Source: Coniocarpon cinnabarinum (taxonomy: Eukaryota). Taken from it: DNA of 25,983 nucleotides. The DNA is taken from positions 186,001 to 211,983 of the forward strand of contig JAVECO010000015.1 of NCBI GenBank assembly GCA_051942205.1, read 5' to 3'. Position numbers and translations under genes: made by a program. The notes beneath the pieces were generated by a model. That model saw only the letters and a list, made by a program, of their open reading frames with translations, made no database searches and was not told where the DNA came from. How positions within the stretch are numbered: position 1 is the stretch's first letter; each line of letters starts with the position of its first letter. Shown piece after piece: positions 1-8,438 of the stretch.

Positions 1-52
1 TTGGAGAGGTGGAAGCCAGTATTTGGAGAGGATCGAGGCGAAGATGAGACAT
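1..52 (-). CDS. Possible 5' end of a gene running off the left edge (MSHLRLDPLQILASTSP...)
   Basis: Minus-strand ATG at 52 in good fungal context (ccatcATGTCT). The frame stays open to position 1 and there is a pyrimidine-rich leader upstream. Too short to identify. Confidence 0.3.
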   Translation of the reverse strand, partial: MSHLRLDPLQILASTSP

Positions 53-610
53 GATGGAATGTTTGTTTGGTCACCAGTGACAAAGATCGAGCGGCGAATG
101 GTGTTTGAGGTAGGGCGTCGCGAAAGCGGAGCGGTGCAAATTTGGCGCCATTGCATGCGGCAGCAGCGATATGTCTGCCTGTGCTCACAGCTTTCATCAC
201 CAGTATTGGGGCATGTTGGATGCAAGTTGAAGAAACGAAGGTACAATGGGCCAACAGCAAAGACAATAGATGCAGTCATCTTGCATATGATGGCTGACTA
301 AGCAAAGCACGGACATTTTCCAAGATCATATTCAGCAACCATTGAAATGTTGCAGACGACTCAACTGCTCGTTTACTATCGGATGCTTAGATGCGACTGA
401 AGGCCGGCAGAGAATTCTCAGCCTACTAACAAAAGGTGTGAGGGCAATAGGTGAAGCCAGTGTCTTTTGGGAATGCAGACCAATCGTCCTATCCAATAGG
501 TGTATGTTCATATCCCGTGTGGACGCCGCATAATACCCTTTTTGCAATCCAATAAAGCGTTGTGTCGGTGGAACGCAACTGCTATAACACCTATGGTCCA
601 CAGTGTGCAG

Positions 611-3600
611 CTATACTTTCCTCAGACTGGGTAGCACCTTGGTTACGTCGTAAAGCGGCTTAATGCGTTGTAACTTCCCTGTCTTCTTGTCCGTTCCCGT
701 TCTCGTCCCGGCAGAGTTTGTGCTGGTGGCCGGAGGATTTGCGATCTGCGCGTGATGCTGCATGCGGTCCTTGTTGAGACCTAGGCCAGAGTCAGGGACT
801 GGATCGTGCTGCATTGACCAGTCGGGAACGCCCCGTCTCTCAGAAGATGCTCTTGCTTCCTCTGCAGAAAAGGCTGAAGAGATGGCGCTCCATGCCAACC
901 TTTTGGCTTCTCGAATGCCCAACTGATGCTCTAGGCCAGGGTTGGGCTCCATGGACTCTTCTCGGATCTCGCAATCTTCCCATTGGTCAACAATTTTTGC
1001 TCTATCACGAGTCCTAGAAATCTTATTCGAATAAGAGCTCAGTCTCGGGCTCGGACGCGGAGGAAGCACAAAGACAGAGGCTCTGGAGGTGACAGTTGTA
1101 GGCGCTTGTGCTGAAGTAGATGTTGGGGGGTCCGTGAGTTGCGTCGAGAAGACATCTTCTACTGGCGCAGGTGTTCGGGGAACGCTTGTCCCGGCGTGCA
1201 CACCCGACTTTGTCGTTACGACATGAGGAGTAACAAACATGTTGCCGCCAGACGTACGATGTGCCTTTGGACTAGGGGTGATGGAAACGTTGTCATACCA
1301 TTTGCGTGATGCTGAAGCATCCCCATTCTTCGCACCATTATGACCGGATGCCTCACTCCTCGCTGTCTCGTAAGGATCAGAAGCGGCAGAAGCATAGGAC
1401 TCAGTTTCGCTAGCGCGGCGTCTGATTGGAGTAGAAGGTGTGAAAGCATGGCTCGTGTCGTGATACTGAGGTGGCGGCGAAACACTTCTGGAGTTCGAAG
1501 AGGAGTTGGAGAACATGCATCCGCGCCTGGCATTGCTCTCTTTCATGTTTCTGAGTAAATTATTAGGTGGTTTACTGACCCGCTTATTTTGTGAGGTGAG
1601 TTCGATGTCCTGAGACCTCGACAATGGCCCTTGGTCTGTAATCGGAAAAGCTCTATGATCGCATTTCGGGTGGCTGGCAGACGTGCTAACAAGGCCCATA
1701 GATTCTGGAACTGTTCTGGAATCTGATGGCGCCTTTATCGGCCTGATGAGCTTATCCACTCGGTGAGAATCCTGGCCTTCATGATGCCGGTATGACTCCG
1801 CATGTTGCTTGTCTTCCGGAATGCAAGTGGTGCGCATTCGAGGTTTGACTTGATGCGCTTCACTGTTTAGCGCACCACCTGTGCCAGAATCTTCATGAAG
1901 CTCAGTATCTTCACGCGAAGACGCTCTGGTCCCGTGATTCACAGTTGCCGGACGTGGGCTGCTCCCCTGGGCTGAACCATGCTCTCGCTGTGCTTCAATG
2001 GACTGAATGGTGTTGCTTTGCACTGGCGAAATTTCTGGCGACCAAGATGTCGAGATAGTCCCGCTTCTTCCGGACTGACCGGGGTCATTGCTTTCTACGG
2101 AAGACAAATGGTTGCTTCTGCGCTCGTCAGTCGAGCTCTGAGATGTCGCTGTGTCCAGATGCGCAAGGGATCTAGCTTCTCCCACATGCTTATCTTCTCC
2201 TTCCGAGGATGTCACATGCTCAACAAGGTCCGCACTTGCGGGAACAGTGATTGATGCCTCCTCTGACGATTGCTCCGCTACACTGTTTTTGTGCGAGCTG
2301 TTTGTGTTGATCACAGATCCCATTAGACCAGCTCGGCCTGTAACCTCAACCTCTTCAGCTCCCCTGTTTACTCTTTCAAGTTTCTGGTGGCTGGCTCTCC
2401 GCCTCTGGCCTGTGTCTGGATTCCAATCAAAGCCCTCTGCGAGCCACATCCATCTCAAAAAAGCTCGCAATTCCTTATCTTGAGGCAGCACGCGTTTCCA
2501 CTCTGGCTCAAATGATACTTCAAGCTCACGCTCGGCCACTTCATTGTGAAACCCATCTTTTCGATGGATGGTGCCAAGATTTGTCGGCCTTGCATTCGTG
2601 CCTTTGTAATCGTCTGCCAGACCTCTCATTCGATCTCTGCAGAAAATACGCCATGAGTCAAGAGCATATGCGCCAACACCAGGCAGATGAGCAATCTCCC
2701 AGGCACCCGTACGTGAATCCTCTTCTTCAGGCCCGAGAGTTTCGTCAGGTAGAATATCACCGCCATCGCCGTGCTTAGGATAATGCAGCCTGCGATGTCG
2801 ACGATCGGGCGTCGGAGGATCGCAACACCAAGCCCTGCCCAAGTCAATCAAGCGTTTTGCTCGGTTATTTTGAAGTCCAAGGATTCCAATGATCTCAAGA
2901 ATATCATCGAGTGAGGCTGATGCAAGCGCTTTCGCGGTGCGATACCGGTCTAGCAGCTTCCAAAGGACGGGAATCGCTGCTTGACCAGTCGTCTTGTTAA
3001 GAAGAATGGTAGCAACGATCAAATGCAGCGGCTGATCCGAGAGAATTTCTTGAACAAGACCGAAGGTTTTGGCATTAAGTGGAGGCATTGGAACAACGCT
3101 CATGCCTGGTGCAGGTTTCCGAGGCGAATTGACAGGTGAGGAAATGGCTTTCTGTGCATGTGGCGCTGGTTGCACACGTTTGACATTAGGGGCTGACTTG
3201 AAAAATGAAGACTTGAGTCCAGTCGACTTCCGCTTTATTTTCTCCACAGACGGAGAATCTTGGGGCGTTGGTAGCGAGAGCTGTGCATGACGTCGATCCG
3301 TGGTAGATGCTGCGTCAAAGTCTTCTAATTGTGCTGAGTGTCTGGCGGAAGCAGATCCATCTGCGATGGCACTTTTTGAGGACAATTGCTCCTCCGGATT
3401 CGAGCTTGCATGCAGCAGGCTATCTTTATTGAGACTTGACGTGCAATCCACGCTAACGAGTTCAGAGACCTCTGCAGCTGAGTGAAGAGTGTCTTTGTCC
3501 TCGATGCACTTGCTTGCACCTTGCTTCACATCATTCACAGTCACCGCTTCAGGAACACGCTCATCAGACTCGCTTTCTGTTTCTGGAATCTCATGATCTA

Positions 3601-4855
3601 CAAAAGAAAGCGAACGGCGCCTGTTGAAATCGCCATCGTCACTCTTCGCCGCTGACTCCTGTTTGGGGTTTGTTGATGCTGACAATTCTCGAGACCTGGC
3701 AGTACCATTTTGGGTAAGTTCGCGGTCGCGGCTCATCCTGGATTCAGAATCACAAGTACGACTATGACGTCTATCTGAAAGAGATTTCGCCGAGATTTTG
3801 TAGTAAGGTGATTTTGTGCTGGAATTTGGCGTCGACACTTCACCAGGCGTAGATTGCTGCTGGCCATTCTCGTGGTTATTCTTGCTTTTACGCTTTCGTT
3901 TCCTTCTCTTCCTAGAACCTTGGCTTTGAGAGCTCCTTGTAGGATTTGTTGCGCTGCCATGTGTAGAATTGGATGAACGGCGAGCATCATACTTGCCAGA
4001 AGAAACAACATCAACGACATGCGTCTGCCATGGAGTGCCATCATTGGTTTTGAAGGTTTCATGGTTATTTGATGCACTCTCGAATCCATGATCTGACTTC
4101 TTGAAATTTCTGGGCTGAGAGACATGCGCACCTTGGTTGAAGTGATGCGCAAGTCGTCTACGCTTCAGCTTTCGGTTGCTAGAATGTGCTCGAAAATCGC
4201 CGTCTTCATCGACATTAGAAGCAGAAAACGGTAGCCCTACTTCCGCTCCAGAAGAACGGCGTCGCTTTCGTTTCTTCTTGGGGGCAGTGGCAACCTGTTC
4301 GCCATTCGTCTCGGCTACTGACTTAGCTTGCGCTGCTTCGCGATAATTGGTTTTGCTGACTTCAGATTCGCTCGTGCGCCTAGAGTGCTTTACAAGGCGG
4401 TTCGATTTGGGAGTTTGAGCCTGTCGCTCAGCCTCGAAATGCTCTATGAGAGCTTCCACACCCGTTCCTCCCAAGCCAAGTAAATATTTCGAGTTCAGAA
4501 GATCTTCCACAGATTCACTGGCATGGTCCTCGAGCTCACACAGGACGGATTTGAGCCGGAACCATTGTTCTGAGCGGACGACATTTGGAAAAGACGTACC
4601 CCTAGCCTCGGCGGTAGCGTGGAAACTTTTCCCTTCTGCTGCTGCAATCTCAGCAAGGTTATCATTGATATCCAGAAGATCTGCAATTCTCATATGTTGT
4701 AAGGTCGTATCCGCCACCTGCAAGTCAAGGGTGTCTCTGGCAAAGACCAAAGTGTCGCGTACCAGACCTGGCTGCCGGTGTTTTTTAGCTATGTCACCAA
4801 TGACCCTGACTCGCTCGGCAAATTGAGGTGAATCTTGGGCTGTGGTCCTCCCCAT
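611..4855 (-). CDS. MBD4-family HhH-GPD DNA glycosylase (G:T/G:U mismatch type) embedded in a large low-complexity protein, about 1414 aa, single exon
   Basis: The ORF track 611..4891 starts at a non-ATG codon; the first ATG is 4855 (aagATGG). Domain at ~2440-3070: FGLVQEILSDQP-LIVATILLNKTTG-AIPVLWKLL-LGLQNNRAKRL-HhH LPGVGAYALDSWRIFC-EWKRVLPQDKELRAFLRWMW. This aligns by eye to the vertebrate MBD4 glycosylase domain (LVQE; LIATIFLNRTSG; LHGIGKYGNDSYRIFC; EWKQVHPEDHKL). Basic NLS-like clusters PKKKRKRRR and RKRRKRKRKSK are present. Confidence 0.9.
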   Translation of the reverse strand: MGRTTAQDSPQFAERVRVIGDIAKKHRQPGLVRDTLVFARDTLDLQVADTTLQHMRIADLLDINDNLAEIAAAEGKSFHATAEARGTSFPNVVRSEQWFRLKSVLCELEDHASESVEDLLNSKYLLGLGGTGVEALIEHFEAERQAQTPKSNRLVKHSRRTSESEVSKTNYREAAQAKSVAETNGEQVATAPKKKRKRRRSSGAEVGLPFSASNVDEDGDFRAHSSNRKLKRRRLAHHFNQGAHVSQPRNFKKSDHGFESASNNHETFKTNDGTPWQTHVVDVVSSGKYDARRSSNSTHGSATNPTRSSQSQGSRKRRKRKRKSKNNHENGQQQSTPGEVSTPNSSTKSPYYKISAKSLSDRRHSRTCDSESRMSRDRELTQNGTARSRELSASTNPKQESAAKSDDGDFNRRRSLSFVDHEIPETESESDERVPEAVTVNDVKQGASKCIEDKDTLHSAAEVSELVSVDCTSSLNKDSLLHASSNPEEQLSSKSAIADGSASARHSAQLEDFDAASTTDRRHAQLSLPTPQDSPSVEKIKRKSTGLKSSFFKSAPNVKRVQPAPHAQKAISSPVNSPRKPAPGMSVVPMPPLNAKTFGLVQEILSDQPLHLIVATILLNKTTGQAAIPVLWKLLDRYRTAKALASASLDDILEIIGILGLQNNRAKRLIDLGRAWCCDPPTPDRRHRRLHYPKHGDGGDILPDETLGPEEEDSRTGAWEIAHLPGVGAYALDSWRIFCRDRMRGLADDYKGTNARPTNLGTIHRKDGFHNEVAERELEVSFEPEWKRVLPQDKELRAFLRWMWLAEGFDWNPDTGQRRRASHQKLERVNRGAEEVEVTGRAGLMGSVINTNSSHKNSVAEQSSEEASITVPASADLVEHVTSSEGEDKHVGEARSLAHLDTATSQSSTDERRSNHLSSVESNDPGQSGRSGTISTSWSPEISPVQSNTIQSIEAQREHGSAQGSSPRPATVNHGTRASSREDTELHEDSGTGGALNSEAHQVKPRMRTTCIPEDKQHAESYRHHEGQDSHRVDKLIRPIKAPSDSRTVPESMGLVSTSASHPKCDHRAFPITDQGPLSRSQDIELTSQNKRVSKPPNNLLRNMKESNARRGCMFSNSSSNSRSVSPPPQYHDTSHAFTPSTPIRRRASETESYASAASDPYETARSEASGHNGAKNGDASASRKWYDNVSITPSPKAHRTSGGNMFVTPHVVTTKSGVHAGTSVPRTPAPVEDVFSTQLTDPPTSTSAQAPTTVTSRASVFVLPPRPSPRLSSYSNKISRTRDRAKIVDQWEDCEIREESMEPNPGLEHQLGIREAKRLAWSAISSAFSAEEARASSERRGVPDWSMQHDPVPDSGLGLNKDRMQHHAQIANPPATSTNSAGTRTGTDKKTGKLQRIKPLYDVTKVLPSLRKV

Positions 4856-5293
4856 CTTCGGCGCCTGTTCATTCCAAGTCGTCAAATGCACATGGCATGA
4901 GAACAGACAGATGCCTTAACACCGACTTTGATGTAGGGCTGCTAAAAAAAGAAAGTCAGCTTCGAAACTCTTAAGAGTGGCCAATCGTTTTGAAGAGAAG
5001 GTGAAAGTCATGCAGCCAAAAAGGCACTATCGCGCTAATACCGCGTTAGAGACAGGATTCGTGGCACTAGTTGCCGATTGGGCGGGGCACCTTCTTAACT
5101 ACCGCTCGTACCCCTATCCAAAACCTACGTCCTGAAGACTACGCGTAATGCCAAATCGACAATGCGACCTTCGTAGTAAGGGCGCCATTGAGGCTCCATT
5201 AATTGCTTATAGTAGTTTAGTAATACAGGGTAATCGTACACACTGCGCTGCAGTAACTCCGGAGCAGAAAACGCCACTTTGGCAGCATCTCCA

Positions 5294-7990
5294 TCATCGA
5301 TGCCGGTGTCTTCCGCTTCCACTGCTCTTCACTTTTCGTGGGACAACCTCGTCCTCTTCGTCTACTTCCTCCACTGGCGCTGGTGTCCGTCGCTCAGAAC
5401 GTCGCTCCTTAGCACCTTTGTCGCCACCTGGTCTTCGCTTCTTCATGCCGCGCCGCTTCTCCCGCTCCCGCCACCCAACGTTGCTTGCACTGTCGTCTGG
5501 AGCCAGCTCCGAACGACCGTCAAGCAGTCCTCCTCCGAAAATACTCTGAACGTCTGCCTTGTCGTCTTCTGTGATGCCAGTGCCAACGCTGCGCAGACGA
5601 TCCCAAGCAGACCCATTCGCTAACGGCATGCCGATGGTTGAGGCACCTTTGTCATCGGCGCTGCGTGCTTGTGCTGCTCGAAGCGCCAGGCCTGCACTGC
5701 GCTCACGTAGGCGTATGCGCACGGATTCAGCTTGGGTATGCAACGCTTCGAAGGCATCTTCAAGAGCCTCCATTCCGAGATATATTTCACGTTCCACTTC
5801 TGCCAGCACTGCAATCTCTGTGTCTTCGTCCAACTGCACCGGTCCTGCAATACGTTCACCGGAGCCTGACAGTGTCGGTGTCGGCAGTAGTGTTGTTGAC
5901 GACTGTGGGCTAAATGGAGTCGTGGACCGCGGATTCAATTTGCTCGCGGAGTTGGCAGGGGTCCTTGATGAGACAGGGCTGCTCCCATCCTCTGCTCCAC
6001 TCCAGAGGAAGCCATCAAATCGACCCGATATCAATATCTCCCACTCGCCATTTGATATCGCCGCCAGCGTAGCAAGCGGTGAATGCAGTGTCGGGTTGTT
6101 GAGGAGGAACATAGTGCACTCGGGATCTCTCGGTGCCCTAGGTAAGCGGTAGAGCCGCTGTAGGGCACGTGAGGAATCGACAAGTATATCTGGCGAGCTA
6201 TGTTTTTGACCGCTGGGCGCAGCTGGTGTGGGTGCTCGAGAATCCGGTATCTGGTCCAGTCCATGAAGGAGTGCTGTAAAGGTCCGACGCTGACGCGGCT
6301 CTAGATAGGTGAGCATGGCAAAGGTGAGCGTTCCGTCATCTACCTCCACAGGTGGCGACGATGAAGTAGCGGCTGGCACGTTGTCTTCAGGCAACTGCGA
6401 AGACAGCCATTTTTGCACTGCATCTTTTGTTTTCTTGGACTGCCGAATGTAATGCTCCCGATACTCCTCTGGTACATCCATATCCAGCTTCTGCATTGGT
6501 GCAGCGGTGTTTTCGAGGTTCTCGATGCCAAGACCATCAGACGAAACTCCAGCTAGAGAAAACGGTGGCCAAGGTGGTAGGTCTCTCCGTCCAGAAACCA
6601 GCTCTAGAACTTCGCCCCAGCTTACACCACTATCATGTTCAGAGCCACTAGAGAGATTCTGAGACCGACAGATGACGCAGCGGCATATCTCTGAGGATAT
6701 ATTGCGGGCGAACACGTTCTCGAGTCGATCCAATAGCCTCCGAGCCACAGACTTGTAGCCTGTTGCAACAGCCATCGATCCATATTTCGACAGAACAGAC
6801 GAGTAATTTTGAAGTAGCTGCTGGTATGGACCAAATACCACATTCACGTCAATGTGCCTTGGTGCGTTCATCTGAGGGGACATGTACTGCTGGAAGGACT
6901 GAGACGGTGATGGATTTGCTGCAGACGAAAAGTCTCGCGTGACCACGTCATTGAGTCCGCCATTTTGAAGCAAATAATCAACGCGAGGAACGTCTGCTGG
7001 TGCCGCGTCAAGTGGTATTGGAGGCGGCGGAGGGGGGGCGGGAGTGCCATGTTGTATAGAGTCTGTATCCAAGTCAAATTCATGTCCAGCAGCATTGTCG
7101 GCAAATACCTCAATAGCAGGGGTTGATTTACGACTTGGGTTAGCTCGAGGAATATCTCGACCGTCAGGCGTATGTGGCCGTGAACCATCCGAAGGTGGAG
7201 AGTCGCCGTCATTGGAGATCAAAGTTGGCGGTCGTCTTGGTCTTCGTCCATCTGGGACCGACGTGGCGTCTGAATCCGTGGCGGAGCTCTTACCAGATGT
7301 GCGTCGGCGGCCTTCCAACTTTACAGGACTCACATTAAGCGGAGTCTTCTTCCCAGAGGCGAGCCCGCCCTTTTCTTTGAATATTCCACCTAGAAAGCTG
7401 GTCTTAGTGCTGACCGGCGAGGGTCTTGAGGAGGTAGGAGGACCATCTCTATTCCTGCTGTAACCTTCTTCAGCATCTCGCAAGCTGGTTCGTGATGCAG
7501 AGAAGCCTGCTCTAGGGTAGGGATTATCGACGTGTTCAGTGCTCTTGCTCTTTGACTTAGGCTTCTTCGCATCAGCAGCTGCGCGCTTCATGGATCCGCC
7601 GCTTGTCGCTCGATTTAAGTTGTGTTCGGCGCTCTTCCGATCAGACTCGCTGACTTGTGTATCAGCAGTTGCGCGCCTGGCTGAGCCGGTACTGCTCTCG
7701 CGTTTCACATCTCCGTTCTTCACGCTTGAAGCCGGCGAAGGAGGGGCGCGAGTGGGCGGCTGTGTTTTCCGAGGCGTACGCTTTGGCGAGGTCCGATCCC
7801 GCTCCGTGCTCGACTTTGGTGCACCGAGGTTCGTAGACTCCGGGGTGACCATCTCAGGCTGTGAGGAATTGGCATGTTCAAGACTGTGCACAGCTTCTCG
7901 GCTGTGTGCTTTCGAGAAATTAGGGTAAGGACGCGCCGGAGAAGAGGAGCTAGTAAAGCGATCGCGCCGCTGCATTTCGGGAAGCGCCAT
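5294..7990 (-). CDS. Uncharacterised fungal protein, 898 aa, single exon: disordered S/P/R-rich N-terminus, ordered core with CxCxxC, predicted C-terminal coiled coil and charged tail
   Basis: Uninterrupted 2.7-kb ORF with ATG in strong context (acaatcATGG). Ordered-looking blocks: VPRVDYLLQNGGL, AVATGYKSVARRLLDRLENVFARNIS, CRCVIC, WGEVLELVSGRRDLPPWPPF, EWEILISGRFDGFLWSGAE, AEVEREIYLGMEALEDAFEALH. No catalytic motif recognised. Confidence 0.88.
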   Translation of the reverse strand: MALPEMQRRDRFTSSSSPARPYPNFSKAHSREAVHSLEHANSSQPEMVTPESTNLGAPKSSTERDRTSPKRTPRKTQPPTRAPPSPASSVKNGDVKRESSTGSARRATADTQVSESDRKSAEHNLNRATSGGSMKRAAADAKKPKSKSKSTEHVDNPYPRAGFSASRTSLRDAEEGYSRNRDGPPTSSRPSPVSTKTSFLGGIFKEKGGLASGKKTPLNVSPVKLEGRRRTSGKSSATDSDATSVPDGRRPRRPPTLISNDGDSPPSDGSRPHTPDGRDIPRANPSRKSTPAIEVFADNAAGHEFDLDTDSIQHGTPAPPPPPPIPLDAAPADVPRVDYLLQNGGLNDVVTRDFSSAANPSPSQSFQQYMSPQMNAPRHIDVNVVFGPYQQLLQNYSSVLSKYGSMAVATGYKSVARRLLDRLENVFARNISSEICRCVICRSQNLSSGSEHDSGVSWGEVLELVSGRRDLPPWPPFSLAGVSSDGLGIENLENTAAPMQKLDMDVPEEYREHYIRQSKKTKDAVQKWLSSQLPEDNVPAATSSSPPVEVDDGTLTFAMLTYLEPRQRRTFTALLHGLDQIPDSRAPTPAAPSGQKHSSPDILVDSSRALQRLYRLPRAPRDPECTMFLLNNPTLHSPLATLAAISNGEWEILISGRFDGFLWSGAEDGSSPVSSRTPANSASKLNPRSTTPFSPQSSTTLLPTPTLSGSGERIAGPVQLDEDTEIAVLAEVEREIYLGMEALEDAFEALHTQAESVRIRLRERSAGLALRAAQARSADDKGASTIGMPLANGSAWDRLRSVGTGITEDDKADVQSIFGGGLLDGRSELAPDDSASNVGWREREKRRGMKKRRPGGDKGAKERRSERRTPAPVEEVDEEDEVVPRKVKSSGSGRHRHR

Positions 7991-8438
7991 GATTGTTTGG
8001 CGTCTTGCAAGACCCGTGGTTTACATGCGAGGTGGCGAAAGGCCGTGCGGCGCCGACTTCGAGTATACCGGGCCGTGAGGCCGCAGAAAGGATGTCTTGT
8101 TCTCGGACTCGGTACGTTTGATGTGGAGGGTCGATCAGCAACATGGGGCGATGCTGAATGGCTGAGACTTGCATGTCCAGCAACTGCGCTTTGTCGAAAT
8201 GAGTCGGTGGTTGGGTGGAGAAGAGTAAACAAGGTGACCAGCTGCACCTGATGCGCTGGCGATTGAAATTGGCATGTGCCAGCCGCCGCTTGCTTGCCAA
8301 GACCTGCCTACCTAGCACGAACATTCTACTTCTACCTGCACCTCCTCTCCTCCTCTCCCTTCAATACACTTATATCTGGGTGAAGATGTCCAGCAATCAT
8401 GTGCAGAGGCGCCGACGACTTGCCAGAGAATGCAGAGA

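Noticed and set aside
4856..4891. N-terminal extension MHLTTWNEQAPK in the ORF track
   Set aside because: It starts at a non-ATG codon. In a eukaryote the first ATG (4855, aagATGG) is the better start.
5559..6152. 197-aa plus-strand ORF, with similar ORFs at 7044-7463 and 7539-7928
   Set aside because: Antisense shadows of the 898-aa gene with no recognisable motifs.
7021..7044. G-rich run resembling a G-quadruplex
   Set aside because: Explained by the polyproline codons (PAPPPPPP) of the minus-strand gene.
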